DNA of 64,000 nt from Acutalibacteraceae bacterium (GTDB lineage: Bacteria > Bacillota > Clostridia > Oscillospirales > Acutalibacteraceae). Positions 1 to 7,131 of the stretch are shown one piece after another (the first letter of the stretch is position 1; every line of letters starts with the position of its first letter). Both the position numbers and the translations under genes were made by a program. The notes under the pieces are model-generated. The model searched no databases and was not told the origin of the DNA. It worked only from the letters and a program-made list of their open reading frames with translations. The stretch lies in the NCBI GenBank assembly GCA_051881695.1, contig JBJEQJ010000020.1:185853-249852 (forward strand), in the 5' to 3' direction.

Positions 1-282
1 ATCGCCAAAGCCTGTAAAGGAGCGTATTGCCGCTAAAATGCCGGCAGTTGCCCCGTTTACAAGCATAAAGGCACGATTGACCCCGTAAAGGTGAGATGCC
101 TTGTCCTCAATTGCCTTTATACAGCCGTCGGCATTTTGCAGATTGTCAAAGCCGTCTATCTCTGTAAGGTCAATTTCATAGGGTATAGTGCCGTCAAAAA
201 GAGCGCTGTTGCGCTTGTGCCCCGGCATATGGAAGGGGTATATTCCGGTTTCAGAGTATTTTTTTAATTTGTCGTAAAGCAT
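1..282 (-). CDS. Orn/Lys/Arg decarboxylase-family PLP enzyme, N-terminal fragment (gene continues past the left edge)
   Basis: Minus-strand translation from ATG (282-280) reads MLYDKLKKYSETGIYPFHMPGHKRNSALFDG...VNGATAGILAAI. This is the FHMPGHK N-terminal signature of SpeA/LdcC-type decarboxylases. A GAGGAA RBS lies just upstream. Confidence 0.7.
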   Translation of the reverse strand, partial: MLYDKLKKYSETGIYPFHMPGHKRNSALFDGTIPYEIDLTEIDGFDNLQNADGCIKAIEDKASHLYGVNRAFMLVNGATAGILAAIRSFTGFGD

Positions 283-296
283 ATGTTCCTCGCTTT

Positions 297-314
297 TATA
301 CTAATATTAGTATA
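297..314. promoter_or_regulatory. Perfect 18 bp palindrome TATACTAATATTAGTATA, candidate operator upstream of the decarboxylase gene
   Basis: The sequence is its own reverse complement. It sits 15 nt upstream of the start codon, directly abutting the RBS. Confidence 0.35.
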
Positions 315-526
315 GGTTACATCTTACTTATATTGCTTCTGCCTTATATAACAAAACAATTTTATCCCATAGTAAATCAACTGTCAATTACAGCTTGAAA
401 TAAAGTCGGCAGCCCATACTTATATTTATTGTAAAAATTCAGGCGGAGAAATGTCTGTTACAGCAAGTGATGACGGAGTAAATGCCGCAGTTTGGCGGAG
501 GTCACGGGGTGTGTGGTAATTGAATG

Positions 527-562
527 AAAAAGAGCTGCAAGCGTTTGTGCTTACAGCTCTTT
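527..562 (-). terminator. Rho-independent terminator candidate after nrdG
   Basis: AGAGCTG / CAGCTCT stem flanked by A/T runs. On the minus strand the stem is followed by TTTTT. The right arm overlaps the last nrdG codons. Confidence 0.45.
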
Positions 563-1060
563 TATGACAGCCTCGCCTTTTTCAAGCGATTTTTTAACAT
601 CAATTGTGCGTTGGTTTTTTGAACCCTTAAAGCGCAGCATAAGGCTTTTCTGCTCTAAAATAAACGGACCGTCAATAAGTATATCCGTCTGCTCCAAAAG
701 CTCCTTCCACTGCGGATGCTCAGCAAAGCCCTCTAAAAGCTTTTCAAAGGTGTAGCCTGTGTAGGTCATAATATTAAGACCAAGCCGGTGTACCTGTTTT
801 GCAAGCTGTGCAAGCTCGTGCGCCTGCATAAACGGCTCTCCGCCGGAAAGCGTTACGCCCATAATCATAGGGTTTTCCTTAATTGCGTTTATTATGTTGT
901 CGGTGTTTGTTTCGTAGCCGCCGTTTGGGTCGTGAGTGTCGGGGTTATGACAGCCCTTACAGTTGTGCGGACAGCCCTGTGCAAATACGACAAAGCGTAT
1001 TCCGGGTCCGTCTACTATTGATTCTTTTATTACTCCTGCAAGACGAAGGGTGCAGTTCAT
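551..1060 (-). CDS. nrdG: Anaerobic ribonucleoside-triphosphate reductase activating protein (radical SAM)
   Basis: 169 aa with ESIVDGPGIRFVVFAQGCPHNCKGCHN, the radical-SAM CxxxCxxC-type cluster of NrdG. It lies directly downstream of nrdD. Confidence 0.9.
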   Translation of the reverse strand: MNCTLRLAGVIKESIVDGPGIRFVVFAQGCPHNCKGCHNPDTHDPNGGYETNTDNIINAIKENPMIMGVTLSGGEPFMQAHELAQLAKQVHRLGLNIMTYTGYTFEKLLEGFAEHPQWKELLEQTDILIDGPFILEQKSLMLRFKGSKNQRTIDVKKSLEKGEAVIKEL

Positions 1061-1098
1061 TTTTATATACCACCTTTTTATTAACCGAATATATGAGC

Positions 1099-1130
1099 AA
1101 AAAGGCGTACCGCAGCGAGTACGCCTTTTA
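1099..1130 (-). terminator. Intercistronic hairpin / partial terminator between nrdD and nrdG
   Basis: A 10 bp perfect stem, AAAGGCGTAC (1101-1110) pairing with GTACGCCTTT (1119-1128). On the minus strand it is followed by TTT(G)CT. Confidence 0.5.
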
Positions 1131-1149
1131 CAGTATGATTTTATTTTGA

Positions 1150-3480
1150 TTAAATCTTTTCCATTTCGGAGCCTATCTCATGCTTAACTCTGTCCTCAAC
1201 CTCTGCGCGCTTTGCGTTGTTAAAACGGTCTACCGTGCCTACCAAATATCCGGTGATTCTGCGTATACGCTCAAAGGCAACATTGTCGTTTTCTTTTCTG
1301 CCGCATTTAGGACATTCGTCGCCGATAATGCCGGTGTAGCCGCAGCAAGGGTCACGGTCAACGGGATGGTTTATGGAGCCGTAACCGATACCGCATTCCT
1401 TCATAAAGTGTACTACCTGCTCAAATGCGTCAAGGTTTTCTGTCGGGTCGCCGTCAAGCTCAATGTAAGATATATGTCCGCCGTTTGTTAAATTGTGATA
1501 CGGTGCTTCCAGCCTGATTTTTTCAAAAGCAGATATATTGTAATAAACAGGAATATGGAATGAGTTGGTGTAGTAATCTCTGTCTGTAACGCCCTCAATC
1601 TTGCCGAAGCGTTTTGCGTCCATACGTACAAATCTGCCGGAAAGTCCCTCAGCCGGAGTTGCAATGAGAGAGAAATTCATTCCGTACTTCTTTGTTGCGG
1701 CATCCATACGCTTTCTCATATAGCCTACAATCTCAAGACCAAGGTTCTGAGACTCCTTGCTTTCGCCGTGGTGATAACCTGTAAGGGCCTTTAAACATTC
1801 TGCAAGACCGATAAAGCCTATTGTGAGTGTTCCGTGCTTTAATATTTCTCTTATGCTGTCGTTAGGTCCTAAATTTTCAGAGTCTATCCATACACCCTGC
1901 CCCATAAGGAACGGGAAGTTTTTAACTTTTTTCTGAGCCTGAAGCTCAAAACGCTCTAAAAGCTGGTCAATTACAAGGTCAATCATTCTGTCAAGCTGCT
2001 CGTAGAAGAAGTCTATATTCTTGTTGCTCAGGATAGCAAGTCTGGGAAGATTTACAGATGTAAAGCTTAAGTTACCTCTGCCGTTTACAATTTCTCTTGT
2101 CGGGTCGTAAGCATTGCCTATAACTCTTGTGCGGCAGCCCATATATGCACATTCTGTTTCTGGGTGACCCTCTTTATAATACTGTGCGTTAAACGGAGCG
2201 TCAAGGAACGAGAAGTTCGGGAACAAACGCTTTGCACTTACTCTGCAGGCAAGCTTGAAAAGGTCGTAGTTCGGGTCTGAGCTGTTGTAGTTTATTCCCT
2301 CTTTAACCTTAAAGATGTGTATCGGGAAAATAGGAGTTTCGCCGTTGCCGAGTCCTGCCTCTGTTGCGAGCAGAACATTTTTTATAATCATACGTCCCTC
2401 GGGAGAGGTATCGGTACCGTAGTTGATGGAGCTGAACGGAATTTGTGCGCCTGCTCTTGAATGCATGGTGTTAAGGTTGTGAACAAAAGCCTCCATTGCC
2501 TGGAATACTGCTCTGTCCGTTTCTTTGTTTGCGTGATTGTATGCAAATTTCTGCATTTTATTCGCAATTTTTTCACCGTACTTTTCAGTAAGCAGAGAAA
2601 GCTCCGCCGCCATATATGCTTCGCCGTCGTCAAGCTTCGGTGTGCTTGAGCTGTCTGCCTCCGCCGTGTTTGCAAGATCCATAGCAGACTGTGCGGCGTC
2701 CTCGTCGTCTGTTAAAAGCTCTGCCGCACGGGCAAGGTTCTGGCGGTAAATTCTTCTGTATGTTTTTGCAACGCCCTTTGCCATACCATAGTCAAAGTTC
2801 GGTATGCTTTGTCCGCCGTGCTGGTCGTTTTGGTTTGACTGAATTGCAATACATGCAAGAGCCGAATAGCTTGCAATGTCGTTAGGCTCACGCAAAAAGC
2901 CGTGACCTGTTGAAAAGCCGTTTGTAAAAAGCTTGTCAATATCAATTTGACAGCAGGTGGTTGTAAGCGTTAAAAAGTCGAGGTCGTGGATATGTATATC
3001 GCCGTTTCTGTGTGCGGCGGCGTGCTTGGGGTTTAAAATATACATCTCATAGAACTGCTTTGCACCCTCAGAGCCGTACTTGAGCATAGTACCCATAGCG
3101 GTGTCACCGTCTATGTTGGCATTTTCGCGCTTTACGTCGTTATCCTTGGCGTCCTTAAATGTAAGGTCCTCGTATGTTTTCATAAGGCGTGTGTTCATTT
3201 CTCTTACTCTTGTGCGCTCTGCTCTGTACAGGATGAATTCCTTTGCGGTTCTTGCGTGACCGTTTTCAATAAGAACTCTCTCAACAACGTCCTGCACGTG
3301 CTCAACGGTAGGAGTACCTGCTTCTTTTTCAAGATATTGCTCAACCTTTAAGGCAAGCTGCTCTGCGGCTTTGTAATCATTTCCGCCGATAGCCTGAGCC
3401 GCCTTGTAGATTGCCTCTGTAATTTTCTGTAAATCAAAAACTACTGTACGGCCGTCGCGCTTTGTAATTGTTTTAAGCAT
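1150..3480 (-). CDS. nrdD: Anaerobic ribonucleoside-triphosphate reductase (class III RNR)
   Basis: N-terminal ATP-cone (MLKTITKRDGRTVVFDLQKI), a C-terminal Zn-ribbon CPKCG, and the glycyl-radical tail RIRRITGYLVG. Start moved to ATG 3480, which has an AAGGAGAG RBS, rather than the track start at 3513. Confidence 0.93.
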   Translation of the reverse strand: MLKTITKRDGRTVVFDLQKITEAIYKAAQAIGGNDYKAAEQLALKVEQYLEKEAGTPTVEHVQDVVERVLIENGHARTAKEFILYRAERTRVREMNTRLMKTYEDLTFKDAKDNDVKRENANIDGDTAMGTMLKYGSEGAKQFYEMYILNPKHAAAHRNGDIHIHDLDFLTLTTTCCQIDIDKLFTNGFSTGHGFLREPNDIASYSALACIAIQSNQNDQHGGQSIPNFDYGMAKGVAKTYRRIYRQNLARAAELLTDDEDAAQSAMDLANTAEADSSSTPKLDDGEAYMAAELSLLTEKYGEKIANKMQKFAYNHANKETDRAVFQAMEAFVHNLNTMHSRAGAQIPFSSINYGTDTSPEGRMIIKNVLLATEAGLGNGETPIFPIHIFKVKEGINYNSSDPNYDLFKLACRVSAKRLFPNFSFLDAPFNAQYYKEGHPETECAYMGCRTRVIGNAYDPTREIVNGRGNLSFTSVNLPRLAILSNKNIDFFYEQLDRMIDLVIDQLLERFELQAQKKVKNFPFLMGQGVWIDSENLGPNDSIREILKHGTLTIGFIGLAECLKALTGYHHGESKESQNLGLEIVGYMRKRMDAATKKYGMNFSLIATPAEGLSGRFVRMDAKRFGKIEGVTDRDYYTNSFHIPVYYNISAFEKIRLEAPYHNLTNGGHISYIELDGDPTENLDAFEQVVHFMKECGIGYGSINHPVDRDPCCGYTGIIGDECPKCGRKENDNVAFERIRRITGYLVGTVDRFNNAKRAEVEDRVKHEIGSEMEKI

Positions 3481-3565
3481 ATTTCTTTCTCTCCTTAATA
3501 TCCAAATTCCCAAATTTATTATTAGCCGGAAAAGTTTGACCGGTTTGTATGCAAAAGTATTGCAA

Positions 3566-3581
3566 GCACAATATATAGTAT
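3566..3581. promoter_or_regulatory. NrdR box 1
   Basis: GCACAATATATAGTAT fits the 16 bp NrdR palindrome consensus acaCwAtATaTwGtgt. It lies about 25 nt downstream of the predicted nrdD -10. Confidence 0.7.
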
Positions 3582-3604
3582 TTTAGGTTCGATAACAATT
3601 AGCA

Positions 3605-3633
3605 ATTATATATTAATTGCCAAAGATAGTCAA
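3605..3633 (-). promoter_or_regulatory. Sigma-A type promoter for nrdDG
   Basis: The minus strand reads TTGACT, a 17 nt spacer, then TATAAT. This is about 125 nt upstream of the nrdD ATG. Confidence 0.6.
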
Positions 3634-3741
3634 TAGTAAAAATGACGGTTTTATGTGCTGATTTTCGTGCAAAACAGAATAAATAATGGGTTATTGATTT
3701 TAAAGAATTAAAACAATATGTTGTCTTGCACTAAAATAAAG

Positions 3742-3757
3742 ACACAATATATTGTAT
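3742..3757. promoter_or_regulatory. NrdR box 2
   Basis: ACACAATATATTGTAT is a near-perfect match to the NrdR box consensus. Confidence 0.65.
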
Positions 3758-3876
3758 TAAAAGAGAAGCGAGAAAAAATATACGTTTTTTTGCTTTTTAA
3801 AAGTGAAAAAGTAAAATCCGCATTATGATGCGGCAAAACAGCTTTATAATGCCGAAAATGCATTAAAATTTTACAA

Positions 3877-3892
3877 CCACAATATATAGTGT
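3877..3892. promoter_or_regulatory. NrdR box 3
   Basis: CCACAATATATAGTGT has a palindromic CAC...GTG core that matches the NrdR box consensus. Confidence 0.65.
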
Positions 3893-3954
3893 TAAATAAC
3901 ACAGAGTGAAAAGCTTTAATTACACAGTTACCATACAAAAGCAGGTATAATACA

Positions 3955-3990
3955 AAATAACTCCCTGCGAAAAAATTTCCGCAGGGAGTA
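3955..3990 (-). terminator. Rho-independent terminator of putP
   Basis: CTCCCTGCG (3961-3969) pairs with CGCAGGGAG (3980-3988). On the minus strand the stem is followed by TTATTTTGT. Confidence 0.75.
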
Positions 3991-4081
3991 TGAATTTAAA
4001 ATATATAATATATAATACTATTTTCTGATTTAAAAGTTGATTTAAAAGAAATCTTTTTGCCTGTTCAGTCAATGGTTAGCA

Positions 4082-5653
4082 TTATTCTTTTGCGCCGGAT
4101 AAATCGTCAAGCTCCTTGGTGGTTCTTACATATTCAAATTCGTCAACAATTTCCTTTGCCGGCTTTTTGGTAAGCAGGCTTACAACTATCATAGCTATAA
4201 GTCCGAGCGCAAAGCCTACAACCAAGGAATAAAGTCCTGTAGCGGAGGCAAGCGTTAAGCTGCCGTCGGCGCCGGGGATAATCGGCAGATAGTCCCAAAG
4301 CATTACAAGACCGCCGCCGCATATCATTCCTGCAACTGCACCCGGTAGGTTTGAACGCTTCCAGAAAAGTGAGAGAAGAATAACAGGGCCGAAGGTTGCG
4401 CCGAAGCCTGCCCAAGCGTTAGACACAAGTCCCATAACGCTGCTGTTTTGGTCCAAAGCAATAATAAAAGCAATAACAGCAACAACGGCAACAGTTATAC
4501 GGCTTATTAAAAGGGTGCTTTTTTCAGAAGCTTTTTTGTTTATTGCTCCTTTGTATAAGTCCTCAGAAACTGATGAAGCAGTAACTAAAAGCTGAGAATC
4601 GGCAGTTGACATAACAGCCGCCAAAATACCGCAAAGAAGAATACCGCCGATAAACGGAAGCTCCCAGTGATTTTGGAAAAGCTCTATAATCATACTGATA
4701 AATACGTTTTCTGCCTGTGCGTCCTGCAAAGCTCCGCCTACAAATGCCTTACCGATAACGCCTACAAAGCAAGCTGCTGCAAGGGAGATTATAACCCAGA
4801 TAATAGCAATAACTCTGCTCTTTTTAACCTCGTCGGTCGACTTGATAGCCATAAAGCGAACGAGAATGTGCGGCATACCAAAGTAGCCTAACGCCCAACC
4901 GAGGTTGGATATTATGGAAACTGCTGTTACAGGCTCGCCTGTTGATGTGAGCAACGGGTTTAAGTAGCCGTTTACGTCAGCAACACCGTTTGCTGCAAGT
5001 CCTGCCGTAATACTGTCTGCTCCGCCCATAATGGCAAATGCCGCAATAGGCACAGCCATTAAAGCTGCAAGCATTAAAAGTCCCTGTATAAAGTCTGTTA
5101 CGCAAACAGCCATAAAGCCGCCGAAGAAGGTGTAAATCAATATTACAAGCGCACCAATGGCAAGCGCAACGGTATAGTCAACATTGAATACGTTGTTAAA
5201 AAGCACAGCGCCTGCTTTGAAGGCAGATGCTGTGTAAACGAGGAAGAACACAGCTATAAAGATAGAAGAAACTATCTTGAGTATTCTTGTTCTGTCGCGG
5301 AATCTGTTTTCAAAGAAAGATGGGAGAGTAAGCGAGTTGCCTGCCTTTATTGTGTATTTTCTTAAACGTGAGGCAACTAAAAACCAGTTGAGCACCGTAC
5401 CGATAAGCAAGCCTACTGCAATCCATATTTCGCCTGTTCCGGCAACATAGATTGCACCGGGAAGTCCCATAAGCAGCCAGCCGCTCATATCGGATGCCTG
5501 TGCCGAGAGTGCAGCAGTCCATCCGTTTAAGCTTCTGCCGCCGAGTATGTAGTCTTCTGAGCTTTTTGTTTTTCTGAAGTAGATAAAGCCGATTATAAGC
5601 ATTACCGCAAGATAAACAGCAAAAGCAATAAGAGTCCATATTGTGTCTGTCAT
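4082..5653 (-). CDS. putP: Sodium:proline symporter (SSS family)
   Basis: 523 aa polytopic membrane protein. The N-terminus FRKTKSSEDYILGGRSLNGWTAALSAQASDMSGWLLMGLPG is typical of PutP. Confidence 0.88.
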   Translation of the reverse strand: MTDTIWTLIAFAVYLAVMLIIGFIYFRKTKSSEDYILGGRSLNGWTAALSAQASDMSGWLLMGLPGAIYVAGTGEIWIAVGLLIGTVLNWFLVASRLRKYTIKAGNSLTLPSFFENRFRDRTRILKIVSSIFIAVFFLVYTASAFKAGAVLFNNVFNVDYTVALAIGALVILIYTFFGGFMAVCVTDFIQGLLMLAALMAVPIAAFAIMGGADSITAGLAANGVADVNGYLNPLLTSTGEPVTAVSIISNLGWALGYFGMPHILVRFMAIKSTDEVKKSRVIAIIWVIISLAAACFVGVIGKAFVGGALQDAQAENVFISMIIELFQNHWELPFIGGILLCGILAAVMSTADSQLLVTASSVSEDLYKGAINKKASEKSTLLISRITVAVVAVIAFIIALDQNSSVMGLVSNAWAGFGATFGPVILLSLFWKRSNLPGAVAGMICGGGLVMLWDYLPIIPGADGSLTLASATGLYSLVVGFALGLIAMIVVSLLTKKPAKEIVDEFEYVRTTKELDDLSGAKE

Positions 5654-5795
5654 TCTACCAGTCCTTTACATTAAATTTTTGTGAACCAATGTATAAAATA
5701 ATAACAAAAAATTGCAAAATATGCAAGTTTTTTTCTTTAATGTATTAAAATATTAAAAACCGGGTTTTGACTGACTGTATGCAGTATTATAAACA

Positions 5796-5824
5796 TTGAC
5801 GGTTATGAGTGATTGTCGTATAAT
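5796..5824 (+). promoter_or_regulatory. Sigma-A type promoter for alr
   Basis: TTGACG (5796-5801), a 17 nt spacer, then TATAAT (5819-5824). This lies 37 nt upstream of the ATG at 5861. Confidence 0.6.
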
Positions 5825-5860
5825 TTAATAGAAAAAGTTAAATATGGCGGAGGCTTAAAA

Positions 5861-7060
5861 ATGACAGGCTTTGTTAAAAGGACATGGGCTGAAATTAATC
5901 TTGATAATATTGAGCATAATTATAAAGAGATAAAAAGGAATGTTGCAAAGGGAGCAATGCTGTGCTGTGTTATAAAGGCTGACGGCTACGGCCACGGAGC
6001 AGTGGAGCTTGCAAGGGAATATTCCCGGTTAGGAGCCGATTGGTTTGCGGTTTCAAATATAGAAGAAGCAATACAGCTAAGAGAAGCGGATATTAAGGAG
6101 CCGATTTTAATTTTAGGCTATACGCCGTGCAAATGTGCAAAGTATTTGAGCAATATGAATATTTCACAGGCGGTGTATTCTCCGGATTATGCCGAAAACC
6201 TTGCAAGAGAAGCTGAAAATGCAGGAGTAAGGGTGAAAATACATTTAAAGCTGGATACCGGAATGAGCAGGATAGGGCTTATGTGCCAAAGCTTTGAAAG
6301 GGACAGTGCTTCTTTAGACGAGGCGGAGCGCATATGCCGCCTTCCGGGGTTTGAATGTGAGGGTGTGTTTACGCATTTTGCAGTATCTGACGAGGCAAAG
6401 GACGGGGAAGACTTTACAAGGCAGCAGTTTTCTTGCTTTATGCATTCCGTTAACGAGCTTGAAAAAAGGGGAGTAAGCTTTAAAATACGCCACTGTGCAA
6501 ACAGCGGAGCAATAATAGATTATAAGGAAATGCATCTCGATATGGTGCGTGCAGGCATAATTTTGTATGGTCTGTCGCCGTCGCAAAAGCTAAAGGATAA
6601 ATTTAACTTAATACCTGCTATGGAATTGAAATCTGTAATTTCGCACATAAAGACAATAGAAAGCGGCGCAACGGTAAGCTACGGCAGAACATATAAGGCA
6701 AGCGAAAGGCGAATAATAGCGACAATCCCCATAGGCTATGCAGACGGATATATAAGAACGCTTGCAAAGGACGGAAGCATAGGCGTTGCAGGAAAAAGAG
6801 CAAAAATTGTAGGCAGGGTATGTATGGACCAGCTTATGGCAGACGTTACAGACTGCGGAAATGTTAAGCGAGGCGACTGTGTGACCGTGTTCGGCACAGG
6901 AGATAATAACACGCCCACAGTAGATGAACTGGCTTTGTGGAGCAATACAATCAATTACGAGGTTGTGTGCCTTGTAGGTAAAAGAGTTGCAAGGGTGTAT
7001 ACTAAGGACGGAAAAATTGTAAACGCAGTTACGCTTACAAGTAATTTGGAGAGAAATTAA
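5861..7060 (+). CDS. alr: Alanine racemase
   Basis: VIKADGYGHG PLP-lysine motif with alr-like length and C-terminus. Start set to ATG 5861, which has a GGAGG RBS. The track start at 5813 lies inside the predicted promoter. Confidence 0.92.
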   Translation: MTGFVKRTWAEINLDNIEHNYKEIKRNVAKGAMLCCVIKADGYGHGAVELAREYSRLGADWFAVSNIEEAIQLREADIKEPILILGYTPCKCAKYLSNMNISQAVYSPDYAENLAREAENAGVRVKIHLKLDTGMSRIGLMCQSFERDSASLDEAERICRLPGFECEGVFTHFAVSDEAKDGEDFTRQQFSCFMHSVNELEKRGVSFKIRHCANSGAIIDYKEMHLDMVRAGIILYGLSPSQKLKDKFNLIPAMELKSVISHIKTIESGATVSYGRTYKASERRIIATIPIGYADGYIRTLAKDGSIGVAGKRAKIVGRVCMDQLMADVTDCGNVKRGDCVTVFGTGDNNTPTVDELALWSNTINYEVVCLVGKRVARVYTKDGKIVNAVTLTSNLERN

Positions 7061-7077
7061 GGAAACACTGATTAAAT
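7057..7077. repeat. Solo terminal inverted repeat of the MITE-like element, fused to the alr stop codon
   Basis: TTAAGGAAACACTGATTAAAT is identical (21/21) to the reverse complement of the 3' end of the elements at 34857-35032 and 49492-49671. The alr TAA stop (7058-7060) is the TAA of the TTAAGG terminus. Confidence 0.7.
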
Positions 7078-7131
7078 CCCCCTTAACCGGGCGGCAGACA
7101 GTATATTCTAAAAAGGAGTTTGTATAGTATT

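Noticed and set aside
3708-3938. 76 aa minus-strand ORF in the nrdD upstream region
   Set aside because: It is AT-rich with no RBS and no recognisable motifs, and it spans two NrdR boxes. This is most likely non-coding regulatory DNA.
5813-5860. Upstream starts offered by the ORF track for alr (5813), polA (7120), recA (22612), nrdD (3513) and csp (29467)
   Set aside because: In each case the extension lacks an RBS or runs through a predicted promoter or leader. A downstream ATG with a proper Shine-Dalgarno begins the conserved N-terminus.
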